From: Balanoglossus misakiensis
Taxonomy: Eukaryota; Animalia; Hemichordata
Reading direction: 5' to 3'
NCBI GenBank assembly: GCA_040954595.2
Contig: CM082582.2
Coordinates: 62,001 to 126,000 of the forward strand
DNA: 64,000 nucleotides
Under the pieces are notes generated by a model, which saw only the letters and a list, made by a program, of their open reading frames with translations, was not told the origin of the DNA and made no database searches. Both the position numbers and the translations under genes were made by a program. Shown in pieces: positions 11,009 through 21,794 of this stretch (its first letter is position 1; the number at the start of each line of letters is the position of its first letter).

Positions 11009-11111
11009 TTGTCTCACAACTGGTTCCCTAGTAACACTCTGTGCACATGCAAATTGTGGCAGTACAAGAATTTACCTGTTGTTGGCAGGTACCTCCATTG
11101 AGACAAGGACT
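11009..11111 (-). pseudogene. EGF-like exon a (acceptor deleted; in-frame TAG)
   Basis: SPCLNGGTCQQQVNSCTATICMCTECY*GTSCET|gtaagt; full-length exon survives at 60315-60437. Confidence 0.85.
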
Positions 11112-11161
11112 TCATAAGTTGTCTGAAAACACCAGTTTGCCCAATTTTCACTAATGTATAG

Positions 11162-11827
11162 GAATACATGAGAAGTCGGGCAGATTAGAAGTCGGCCAGT
11201 TCGCGCGCATGAGAAGTCGGCCAGTATGAGAAGTCGGCCAGTTGTTGAACTTGTACCCGAATAGTGCAGTAATGACCCAGATTACTTATAACAACACTTA
11301 ATAAAATATAATTGCACTAAATATTTTCATTTGGACGGATTTCCCAAATTCTTGACAACACAATGGCGTCATTTCAAATAATGGCGTCTGGCATCCGTAC
11401 CAGTTCCCCAGCCCCGTATCCGCGTAAGGAGCTTAGGTTGTTCGCCAAATTCCTGTGACATTTCTGATTAAAGGGAGTTGTTTCAAAGCCTACTAAAATA
11501 CATAGAAGATGTATGTGTATATTCATACTTTCTGAGACAACACCAAACAAACAAACAAACAAACGTGACAAGGAACAGACTACTGGCGCAGCTCAAGAAG
11601 TGCAGGTGACTGATGTTGACGTACCCCGGTGACGTACATGAAAAGTGAACAGACAGTTTTAAAATTCATCGGCTATTTGTACAAATATCTCAGCTCCTGT
11701 ACATCAAGGAAACATTTCGTAGTGAAACAGTTATATATAACACAAAGTACCAGGGTTCTCTCCCACAGGCCGACTTCTCGTACTGGCCGAGACCGACTTC
11801 TCATACTGGTTGACTTCTCAGGACACC
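11162..11827. mobile_element. Mutator/Phantom-like foldback MITE with tandem subterminal repeats and an 8-bp TSD
   Basis: Four GAGAAGTCGGCCAG-type repeats on the left, three GACTTCTC-type inverted repeats on the right ending GGACACC; ATGTATAG at 11154-11161 and 11828-11835; superfamily inferred. Confidence 0.7.
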
Positions 11828-11939
11828 ATGTATAGCTAGCTGTTGAACTCAAAAAAATATGTAAAACTACAAGTGATGTAAACAACTTGTGGAACCATGT
11901 TCAAATCGAGACAAGAAGAAAAGGGATTTCAAGACTTAC

Positions 11940-12036
11940 CTCCTTCAGCACTTTACTGCCCTGTAGCGCACTGTGTGACACTCGTAGTTGTGCATTCATA
12001 ACCAGAAGGACGTGGCCGAACCTAGCGAGTATGAAC
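11940..12036 (-). pseudogene. Cys-rich (GCC2/GCC3 / ephrin-receptor-like) repeat exon, internally deleted, with stop
   Basis: atag|GSYSLGSATS/SGYECTTTSVTQCATGQ*SAEG|gtaagt. Confidence 0.75.
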
Positions 12037-12272
12037 CTATCACAGAAAAAATTCAAAGAACGATTTTTACCACCATGGTTTGGTCCAACGATCCCTTATT
12101 AGAGAGATGTCCGTAATCACAGGTTTTACTGTACAATACCTCTTCAGTGGAATCATTGTGTTTTTCAAAGTGCATCACAATATCAACTCCAATAAGCATA
12201 ACAGTTTAATTTTCTGTGTATGCCATGCTATAACACAGGGAAGTCACAAGAGTGATTTGCAGCCCAACTTAC

Positions 12273-12470
12273 CAGTAACTGTTGAACAATCCACTACGGG
12301 TGACATGGTTGGACACTTGGATCCCGCTGGACAAAGCGTGCATGTGCCGTCGCCTTCCATAGCATATTCACCATTGCCACAGTCGAGCGGATCTTACATT
12401 GGATCTGAACACGATTGTCCAGCAGGGCACAGAAGACAGGATGTGCGTGCAGGCTCCTCACTTATTTCAT
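12273..12470 (-). pseudogene. Cys-rich (GCC2/GCC3-like) repeat exon, 198 nt, in-frame stop
   Basis: tcag|EISEEPARTSCLLCPAGQSCSDPM*DPLDCGNGEYAMEGDGTCTLCPAGSKCPTMSPVVDCSTVT|gtaagt. Confidence 0.85.
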
Positions 12471-12687
12471 CTGATTAAAGAAAATGAGGTTTTTAGTGAT
12501 GTATTTGTGATACAGTGTCATTTAAAATAACAAATTACTTGAGATGATTCACTTCATAATTCTGAGACAAGTATACAGGCATGTAGAAAATTCTTTGGAG
12601 GACATTAAACGTCATTTCTAATCAACCATTTTCTGAATATCATAAGACTCTGCGAGATCTCACATGGCTAACCGGGTCTCGCAAGAT

Positions 12688-12810
12688 CTCGCACTGAGTT
12701 GATAATCTGTTGTAAACACATACATACATACACACACACACATACCCCCAGTCGCACTGACTTGAAAATCTGTTGTAAACACATACATGCATACACATAT
12801 ACCCCTCAGT
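12688..12810. repeat. Two-copy ~60-bp tandem repeat containing CATA/CA microsatellite
   Basis: TCGCACTGA(G/C)TTGA(T/A)AATCTGTTGTAAACACATACAT... occurs twice. Confidence 0.75.
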
Positions 12811-12849
12811 TTCATCACACAGCAAACTGAACAAGTACCACAATCTTAC

Positions 12850-12983
12850 CATTTGTACATCTGGTACAGTTTGTTGCACCAGCCAATGACACGTAACCCT
12901 TGGTACACTTGAATTGCGATGCACTGGGATCTATGCAGGCGTACCCTTGCTCACAAATAGTACAATGTTCAGCACCAGCTGAT
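12850..12983 (-). pseudogene. Cys-rich (GCC2/GCC3-like) repeat exon, 134 nt, phase 2-1, open frame
   Basis: acag|SAGAEHCTICEQGYACIDPSASQFKCTKGYVSLAGATNCTRCTN|gtaaga. Confidence 0.85.
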
Positions 12984-13237
12984 CTGTAAATCAAACAGAG
13001 AATTTACACACCAAGTTAACCTTTGAATACCACTGTAAAAATTTGGTGCAAATTTTAATTATTTTCATAAATAGAGGTCTATTCAAATTTGGAAAAATTG
13101 TCATTTTTTCATTCATATATTATATCAGTAAATTTTAAATACAGAAATAGAAAATGATCCCATCCTATTTTTCAGTTAGTAAATTACCTGACCTAATGTT
13201 TGATGTTGGAAATAAAGGTGGGTGGGTAGAAGTTTAC

Positions 13238-13368
13238 CTGTTATGCAAGAGGTACAGCGAGACATCCTTTGTCCAAGGCCGAACTGTAATAACCAGCCGA
13301 GCATAAAATCACAGTGTTACCATTTGGACATTGGTTACCAGCTGGGCAATCAGCACATGATGTTTGTG
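13238..13368 (-). pseudogene. Cys-rich (GCC2/GCC3-like) repeat exon, frameshifted
   Basis: tcag|QTSCADCPAGNQCPNGNTVILCSAGYYS/...SRCTSCIT|gtaaac. Confidence 0.82.
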
Positions 13369-13793
13369 CTGAAAATAAACAGAGATTTATAGAATCTTAT
13401 AGTCACAGTCATACCTTCAAAGACGTGGGATTCTCACGCGGGTTGGGGAGACAAAAATCCCTGGCAAAAGATTGAGGACAGGAAAATGCCAATCCAGAGA
13501 TATTGGTAACAGAAACTGTGTACAGTCAATGCCATACGGCAGTGTGCTGTTCTAACAACAGACAAGATCATGACGATCATAGTCTGTGTTGGAGATTTGG
13601 AAAAGAGCAAATTTGGTGAAAAGACGGGACAAAACAAAAGTCTACTTATACGATGCACATGAAAACTGGATGAAAGCGAAGCAGTCCACTATTTGAATGC
13701 ATTGGATGTAAAATTGGCAGAATATTTGGACTGGACGTAATGTTTGTACGCACAGAATTACGTACATGCACATAAGATGATCGTCCGCCTTAA

Positions 13794-14299
13794 AGGCACG
13801 TAAGCTGCAACTGGATAAAAAAATTAAAGTTTTAAATAATCTCATATATGCTTTTAATTATGTCTATTAAATGATATTTCATGATAATATATCAAGCTCA
13901 ACACTTATTTATGACACAATGGCCAAAAATTAAAGAAAAAACGAAAATTCCTGCAATTTTAAAAAAAGTGCAATATTGCAATGAAAAATGGAAATCTGAT
14001 GTCTCAGTGGTGTACATTTACTTCCATGAGCTCAAGTGGATGAGATCATGTTTTGTTTATGAAGTTTCAAAACCGGAAATGCAACATTTTCATTGTTTCT
14101 TGCATTTTCCCAGGGTGGCGGCCATAATCGCTTGCGGCAAAGCTTTATTATTTATCTGGTTAAAACTTGCATATGCACTCATATTTAGGGTTTATAATGC
14201 TTGTGTATAGTTCACTGCCTTCATCTGCATGGACTAATGGTAGTGCAGTTTTAAACAAAAATTATGAAAATTATCCCAAAAGTTACAGCTTACGTGCCT
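13794..14299. mobile_element. Kolobok-like MITE A (506 bp), TTAA TSD
   Basis: TTAA|AGGCACGTAAGCTGCAACT ... AGTTACAGCTTACGTGCCT|TTAA; 19-bp TIR with 1 mismatch. Confidence 0.85.
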
Positions 14300-14348
14300 T
14301 TAAGTGAAAGATTACACAGTAATGCCCAAACTTTAAGTGCTGACTCAC

Positions 14349-14581
14349 CATCTATATTAGTGTAGTATCCATCTTCACACACCTCTGGCTCCGACATACC
14401 ATCATATTGGCACTTATACCCGGGGCAGGACAAGGCGTACAGTCTATACTTCCATTGTTGGCAAAATATCCCAGTCCGCATTGTGTTGGTGATGAGAGGC
14501 TGGCTGTTCCACACATGAAACCCCTGGACACAGCGTGCATGCTTCAGAACATGCTGAACTTTAACTTCCAGCTGCGCAGTC
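14349..14581 (-). pseudogene. Cys-rich (GCC2/GCC3-like) repeat exon with stop and frameshifts
   Basis: acag|DCAAGS*SSACSEACTLCP/GFMCGTASLSSPTQCGLGYFANNGSIDCTPCPA/GYKCQYDGMSEPEVCEDGYYTNID|gtgagt. Confidence 0.85.
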
Positions 14582-14647
14582 CTGTAGGAGTGAAGACGTC
14601 AACTATTAAGGAGGTTTAGGAGCCCTCTAGCCAGCAAACTTCATCAA

Positions 14648-15064
14648 GGATGTACGTGCAGAACATAAACCGGAAACACTGCGTGTCCGGTCTTTTTCCC
14701 ATAGGATTACATTGATAATCGCCAGAAAACAAACTTCTACTATTGTCATTTTCACGAAATTTTACACATAGCTCAGTCCAGCAAATATAAATTCATTGGT
14801 CAAATAAAATATAGGGGTCACCGCGCTCTTTTTTGAGATAAATTGCATTAAGAATTTTGGCCATAGACAAACAAACCATTGGTGAAAAATGCTGAGTCAG
14901 CAGATTTCTTCTATTATCGACCAATTTCATGGCTCTGTATTTCAAAAACAAGCGCGGTGACCCCTATATTTTATTACGGATTTTCATTATACATACAAAA
15001 GAGAATAAAAAAATCCACAATTAAAAAAAATGACAATACTTTCCATTTTATTGAACGTACATCC
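14648..15064. mobile_element. Kolobok-like MITE B (417 bp) with internal inverted repeats
   Basis: TCAA|GGATGTACGTGCA ... TGAACGTACATCC|TTAA; internal IR AATAAAATATAGGGGTCACCGCGCT / AGCGCGGTGACCCCTATATTTTATT. Confidence 0.78.
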
Positions 15065-15549
15065 TTAATGTTACTTAGGTAGTGGAGCACCAAAACCCAA
15101 TTTTCATATCGATTGTGTATTTTGTGATAAAAGCACCAAACTTGGCTCAGATGTGTGTTAATGTGTACTGAACAAATTCAGATAGCGAGTCACTAAATAT
15201 CTGTTGAAGAGTTTCCATGGCAACCAATTTTTTTTCAAAATGGCCGCAAATACAGATAATCACACCTGTTAAACATCAAAATAAATTCAGATTACAATAT
15301 TTGAAACAAGAAACTACGGAAAGAATGGTTTGCAATAGAACTATGGTTATTAAACTACAAATGTACTTATAAGGATAACTAAGGGATCAAAATACAGGTG
15401 CAACTTTCAATCCCTGGTACTCGCATTAGTATAGGTGCTCCCCCTAGTCAAACATTACGGCTAGTTGCGATATTTAACTTGAAGTACGTAAATTACACAC
15501 ACACGAATCGCAACAGTTAGCGAGTCACTAAATATCTATTGAAGAGTGA

Positions 15550-17559
15550 CTATGCAGTATTCAAGATCCACCCTTTCCACAATACGTGTGAACTTCTACT
15601 CTCTACATGGAATGTCCGCTCAGCTAGATGCAAATCATTAGACATTGCAGACTACATCACAGATAAAGAAATTGATATTCTTGTACTCACTGAAACATGG
15701 TTGAAGGAATCTGGTGACGAACACGTAATGGCTGAATGTACACCACCAGGCTATGCTGTCAAACATCTACCTGGGGTTGGCAAGATCGGTGGAGGCTTAG
15801 CTTAAATTCATAAGCTAGCACTAAAATAAACAGCTTGGAAGCCTATTCTCTCTGTTAAATCTTTTGAGGCAGCGGAAGCAACTATTCTTCACCAGAAACT
15901 TTCCATGAAAATAATTCTTGTCTACCGTCCACCACCATCAGTTAATAATAAATTCACCGCACCACAGTTCATGGAAGAGTTCAGTACAACACTTGAGAAG
16001 TATGTCACCTGCTCAAGTAATCTCTTCATCGTAGGAGATTTCAATATTCACCTAGAAGATGATAAGAATCCAGTAACACAGAAATTCAATGGAATCATCA
16101 GCGCCTGTAATCTGAAACAATGGGTCCAACAACCAACACACAGAAAGGGTCATACTCTTGATCTCATCTTATCTAACTCTGCGTCTAACATCAAGAGTGT
16201 CTCTGTAGACTGCTTGGAACTCTCTGATCACAATTCTGTCAATGCAAAACTTGCTCTTCCGAAACCAACACACAGTAGACGTCAAATATCTTATCGTCAT
16301 ATCTGCCATTTCAATTGATAGTTTCAGCCATGATCTCGACAAAATACATCAAATGTCCTAGCCTCCAAATGACCTCTCCTCAGCCATATCAGCTTATAAC
16401 CAACCCGTCAGTCTCCATCTAAAACACGTGTACTTGATCTCATCCCTACAGCACTTGATAAGCAATGTCTTGGTAATCTGCTCACTATCATAGCCACAAT
16501 TATCAATTTGTCACTCAAAACTGGAACTGTTCCTGAATAACTTAAAATAGCAGTCATCACACCAATATACTCAAGAAACCTTCGCTCGACAAAAACATTT
16601 TCAAGAACTATAGACCAGTTTCAAACCTAACCTTCCTGTCAAAAGTAATCGGGAAGATTGTAGCACAACAACTGACATCATATTTGACTACCAACTCACT
16701 ACAAGAACCACTGCAGTCAGCGTACCGAAAGGATCACAGTACCGAAACAGCACTTACTAAAGTCAACAACGATATTTGTATGGCACTGGATGCCGGTAAA
16801 TGTGTACTCATGGTTCTCCTCGATCTCTCCTCTGTGTTTGATACCATAGATCACGACACAATCATCTCAAGGTTATCAAAACTGGGCATCACCAACATCG
16901 CACTACAATGGTTCTCATCATATCTTAAGAACAGACAGCAGTTTGTATGGCACAATGTCAGAACCTCAATATCTACAATATGGAGTACCACACGGTTCAG
17001 TGCTTGGCCCACTTTTGTTCTGCAGCTACATCCAACCACTTGCTCAACTTATTTGTCACCACAACATCAATTTTCACCAATATGCCGATGACAACCAACT
17101 ATACCAATATTTCTTCCAGTTAGACACCATAAGTACATTAGACAAGATGGAAAGGGCAGTTCACGAAATAAAAACCTGGATGACACATAATAAACTTCAA
17201 CTAAATGTTGGCAAACCCGAGGTACTCCTGATAAGGTCTCAGTTCAACCGCTCGCCTCGTCCCATAAACCACATGAGCATTGGATCATGTTGTGTTCAAA
17301 TTGTGAATTCTGCACGGAATATAGGTGTGACATTCGACGACAATTACACTTTCAATAAGCACATTAATGCAATTTGCAAGTCAATTTTCTTCCATCTGCG
17401 TCAAATCAGCCACATTCGCCGTTACCTCACTAAGGAAGTTTGCCAGATGCTGGTTCATGCTCTAATCACATCAAAACTGGACTACTGCATTGCAATACTC
17501 TGTGGTTTACCATCATCATGCATTCAACCGCTACAGCATGCCCTGAATTCTGCAGCCAC
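15550..17559 (+). mobile_element. L2-clade LINE ORF2 remnant: APE endonuclease + RT (internal deletion at ~16405, stops and frameshifts, 3' truncated)
   Basis: TWNVRS, LTETWL, GGGLA, VYRPP, GDFNIH, PTHRKGHTLDL, SDH; [48 protein letters not shown]. Confidence 0.93.
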
Positions 17560-18075
17560 CATGGCCTCCTTCACAAAAACCTCACCAGACCCCATAATGC
17601 CTCCATCTCTTACACCACACCTTATACCCACCACAAATCCTAGCCATCACCCAACCTATCATAGCCCAAACAATCCAAACCCAATCAAAATTGACCCTAG
17701 CCCCACTTATCAAGCCATCAATGCTCAACGGCAACCCAAATAACACTTAACTTAAAGATTGGCATAAATCCAAACTCATACCACTGCGACCCCAAATATA
17801 CAACACAAAGACTCAATCACGAACCAATACCTACCATTTGTAGCAAATACACGACCAAAGATTTGATCCCATCTATCATCCATATATCATCAGAAAGTTG
17901 GGACGATGAGCAATGGGGCAGAGACTGATCATCAAAAATTTGAGACAGGGAATTCCAACAAATGAGATCATTAAGTTAAATATGCAAAGCAAATCAGAAA
18001 AGAGAATCAGAAGATTTTCTCCGAAGGACACCTTGCAAATTCATGATTGGAAAGACACTGCAGTCACATGTATAT

Positions 18076-19229
18076 TGTAGTGTCCAAACACTAGTGAGCA
18101 TCTATACTTTATACATTCTGTAAAATGACGTAATGCAACATTCGGGTCATTATGAATAAAGTGCGTGAATGAGGCTAGGCACTCTCACTCTTACATGCCG
18201 GACTTGGTGTCTCATGTTGTCATTATTGCCCACCCACGATTCTATATTTGGCGACGAGGACGGAGAACATGGAGAATCAGCTAGCCGTCAATGCCGAGTT
18301 TTCCTGTTCATTCAGTCTCGACAACCACCAGTACGAGATGGAAAAAGTACATGGTTAGAGTAGAAAACGCATTTGTCGCATTCAACATTACAGATGACAA
18401 GCGACAACGTGCACTGCTATTGCACTGGGCAGGTGAGGAAGTTTCCGACTTCTTTGATACTCTACCAGATACAGGAACGAGCTGTGAAACAGCCAAATTA
18501 AAGCTTACGTCGTACTTCTCACCCAAACGGAACATTGAATACGAACGATTCATCTTCAGAGACACCATACAAAACAACGGCGAATCGATTGATGCCTATC
18601 ACACTTGTTTGCAACGCCTAGCAGAAACATATGTGACTTCACCAATAAGGATCAAGAGGTCAAATCACAAATCATACGAGGATTCACATCAGCCCGTCTC
18701 AGACGTCGTGCTCTTTGGGAGGAGACGACACTAGAGAATCTACTGAGGTTCAGGCTAGTGGGATTGAGGAGAAACCCCATAATAATGGTGCAGACACGGC
18801 ATCTGTGAATGCGGTCAGAAAACAGCGCCATCAACGCCCGAAACCAAATAAACAAAAGAGAGCTCATCAGCAGCCAGCGAAAGGACCGTCCACTTGTTAT
18901 TATTGTGGTGGCACCTATCCACATGACTCAGTATGTCCAGCTAAAGGCAAGTCATGCAGGAAGTGTGGCAAACCTAACCATTTTGCCAAATGCTACCGAT
19001 CAAAAGGCAAGGCAAATAGGGTAGACAAGGATGAAACTGTCAAAGCTGTGCATAAAGTGGAAGACAGCTCGGGAGATGAATACTGCTTCACTGTACAACA
19101 ATCAAATGGCAGGAGGCCTCAAGTAACAGTGCAGATAGAACAAACAGCAGTTGCCTCACTGATCGACCCTGGTTCTACAATAAACATGATGAGTGTAAAC
19201 ACATACAACAACCTAAAGAACAAACCCAT
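18076..19229 (+). mobile_element. Gypsy LTR/gag/protease fragment, copy 2 (private 28-bp deletion)
   Basis: Colinear with 1244-2425. Confidence 0.88.
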
Positions 19230-20758
19230 GTGGCAAACAGAAAGCCTGTTTTACCACTGCCAGCAGTGCATTATTGAGTATTTTAGCATCGCTGGATTTA
19301 GCTCTCGTTCAATCAGAATTGCGGACGGTAGCATGATATAATATAATTGAGAATAAATCTCACGACAAGTGTACAGTTTGACAATGTACACAGATAATCC
19401 GTTTCAACAATGTTTCCTTTGTAGTGTGAATAAAACTGCACACTTTGCAAGTTTTCAACTTCAAAACACTATGGCTATTACAAAGACAAAGCTGCTAATA
19501 TACAGTGTATACCTGTCATTTTTGTTTGTGGTGAGATTTTCATTGGCACAGTCGCACAGAGCTCACACAAGAGGAAATTACACTTTCTGTTGAATTCACT
19601 GCATCCTGCTAACTTTAAGTCATATATCCAGTGAAACATTAAGTTATAGAATTTTCCATCGCAGTATTCTGTTTTATATACATGTATAGCAGTCCCACAC
19701 ATATTGATTAATTTGACAAAAGAAACTGACTGACAATTTTCACAACGCTCCCAGTATAGCATCCTTGGCAGGTGCACGTCAATGCCCCACACGAGGTTAG
19801 GGTTGGCAAGTGCTGCCATTTTGACATGGGTTGTTAGCACTGATCAATTCCTACGCATGACAGAAAAATGAAGAATTAGGCTATGGGCCGGACCTGCCTA
19901 TCGTTTCAAAACGCACTCTGTATATTAGGGTCTATTTCTTTTACATAAAAACAAGTCTTCTTGCTCTAATATGATAAAAGAAAAAAACTTCAACTTAAAT
20001 ATTGCGTCCTCAGAGGTAATATCGAGCCCTAAAAATCAGGTATGCTAATGCGGTTAAAGGTCGTGCAGTTCTCCTTATAACAAGCGATCTTATTGGTGGT
20101 TACGTGACTGCACCAATCACAGAATGCGTTATGTCACTCAGCAATTACACACGCAGGGCAAACTATCAGGCAGCTACATGTATACTAGTATACATGTTAC
20201 AGAAGATTAAACAGAATTGTTGGTAAGGAAAGTTTGAGCAGACTAGTCCATTCAATGTAAAAAATGGGGCTGATTCCAAAAAAGTCAGTCTTATTGACCC
20301 CTTTCAAGACAAAATTGCCATTTTTGCCACTTTTAACCCAAAAGGTCATTTAAAAAACACTCAAAACACACTGTTTTCATCACATTCGGAGATCTGATGA
20401 CATTTGAGGATTATGCGGAAACAGTGACACACCAGAATAAAAATTACAGGTGACATTTGCAAGCAGATATGATCTGACCATATAGAAATATGGAATGTAA
20501 AAACATTAACAAGGAACATGCCCAATAAACTGTCATGTGTCATGGCAGTCTTACAAGTGGTGCTAGAAAAAAAAATGACCAAAAATTGTCTGTACAAACA
20601 CATATGCGAAGCAACTTCTTTCAGTCAGCCCTGGAACAGACACACACTGACCTGCCACTGGTAATTAAAATTTGATAGCTGGTGGTCTCTGTAACAGCTG
20701 GCCTATTTAAGTTATGTAAACATGTCTTTGTTCGAGGTAACAACTCCTTGTAAATAGT

Positions 20759-21782
20759 AACTTTAAAAACAACTGGACAATTTGTTTAGGAGAAGATTTG
20801 CTAACCAAAAACTAAGAAACTTACCAAAAAAACTCGCTAAATATTTAATCTTTCTGATCTCAGAACCGAATAAAAGTTGCACATATACAGGTATGTGTTA
20901 TGAAATTATATCCTAAATTTCAAAGCAATCAGAGAAAAAACTAATTTCAAAGAAATCCAACAAGCAGTTTCACAGAAAATATTTGTTCAAAAGTGGCAAA
21001 AACACAAATATGCAAATATCACCAAAATTGTACAATATCTTACTTCAATCACTACAAGGAACATGCTGCCTAAGTTCAATGCAATAGGACAAGCGGTTTC
21101 AGTGAAAACAATTTTTGACAAAAATTGCAAAAGTTTCCCCGATAACACATTTATGCAAATATCTTTTTTTTTTACAACATATTATTTAGGTTACCCCTAC
21201 GAACATGCCTACCAAATTGGAAAGCAATCTGGCATGAGGTTTTAAAGAAAAACATTTTTTGACCAAAAATGGCAAATATTGCTCAAAATTATAGATATGC
21301 AAATTTTGCAACAATTTGAACAAAACTATGGTTACTTAGACAACATTAGGAGGCTTCATACTAAATTTCAAAGACTTTTTACCAATAACATGGAAAAATA
21401 CAAAAAAATGCAAAAAAAATAGGAAATCGATAATATTAGCTCAAAACATACAGGATTGTATGAGGTTGATATAAGGTACATGCATACCAATTTTCAAATC
21501 AATATGACCAGTGGTTGTCCAGTTTTTGAGTTTTGACCAATTTCACATTTTCCCAGCTAATTTGCATATTTTTGGCAATGACATCTTCATTTGAACAAAC
21601 TCCCATCTACAGCCCTGCCTGCATCTACACGCCAAATATCGAGGTCATACGCGCTGCGGTTTTCAAGTTTTCGATGTGGACGGACATACAGACATACATC
21701 CATCCATCCATCCATCCATCCATACATACAGACGTAACCAATCCCATAAGGTCCCATGGTACATACCAATGGGACCTAAAAA
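20759..21782 (-). mobile_element. HINE-like element, copy 2
   Basis: Colinear with 3955-4973; one extra ATCC unit. Confidence 0.58.
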
Positions 21783-21794
21783 CTTGTGACTTAC

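Larger units (their letters stand above)
1..16809. repeat. Tandem macro-repeat unit copy 1 (16,809 bp; unit phase set arbitrarily by the window start)
   Basis: ATGGTTCTCCTCGATCTC at 1 recurs at 16810; the ORF track repeats at offsets of 16804-16961. Confidence 0.97.

Noticed and set aside
11168-11245. Short repeated GAGAAGTCGGCCAG motifs as a CRISPR-like array
   Set aside because: Repeats are too short, spacers only a few nt, mirrored in inverted form at 11768-11820 and bracketed by a TSD; eukaryotic context with no cas genes
12080-12478. 132-aa + strand ORF repeated in all units
   Set aside because: It is the antisense shadow of the Cys-rich exon at 12273-12470; its conservation only reflects the recent duplication
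13188-13192. 5-nt AG|GTCAG|GTAATT as the collapsed remnant of a missing phase 1-2 exon
   Set aside because: It would explain the phase mismatch between the 13238 and 12850 exons, but the upstream intron would be only 45 nt and such a motif arises easily by chance
4986-14581. Naming the exon chain as Notch, fibropellin, crumbs or SCUBE
   Set aside because: Cys spacing is non-canonical, no diagnostic domains (LNR, CUB, LamG, avidin) were seen, and the chain has stops and frameshifts
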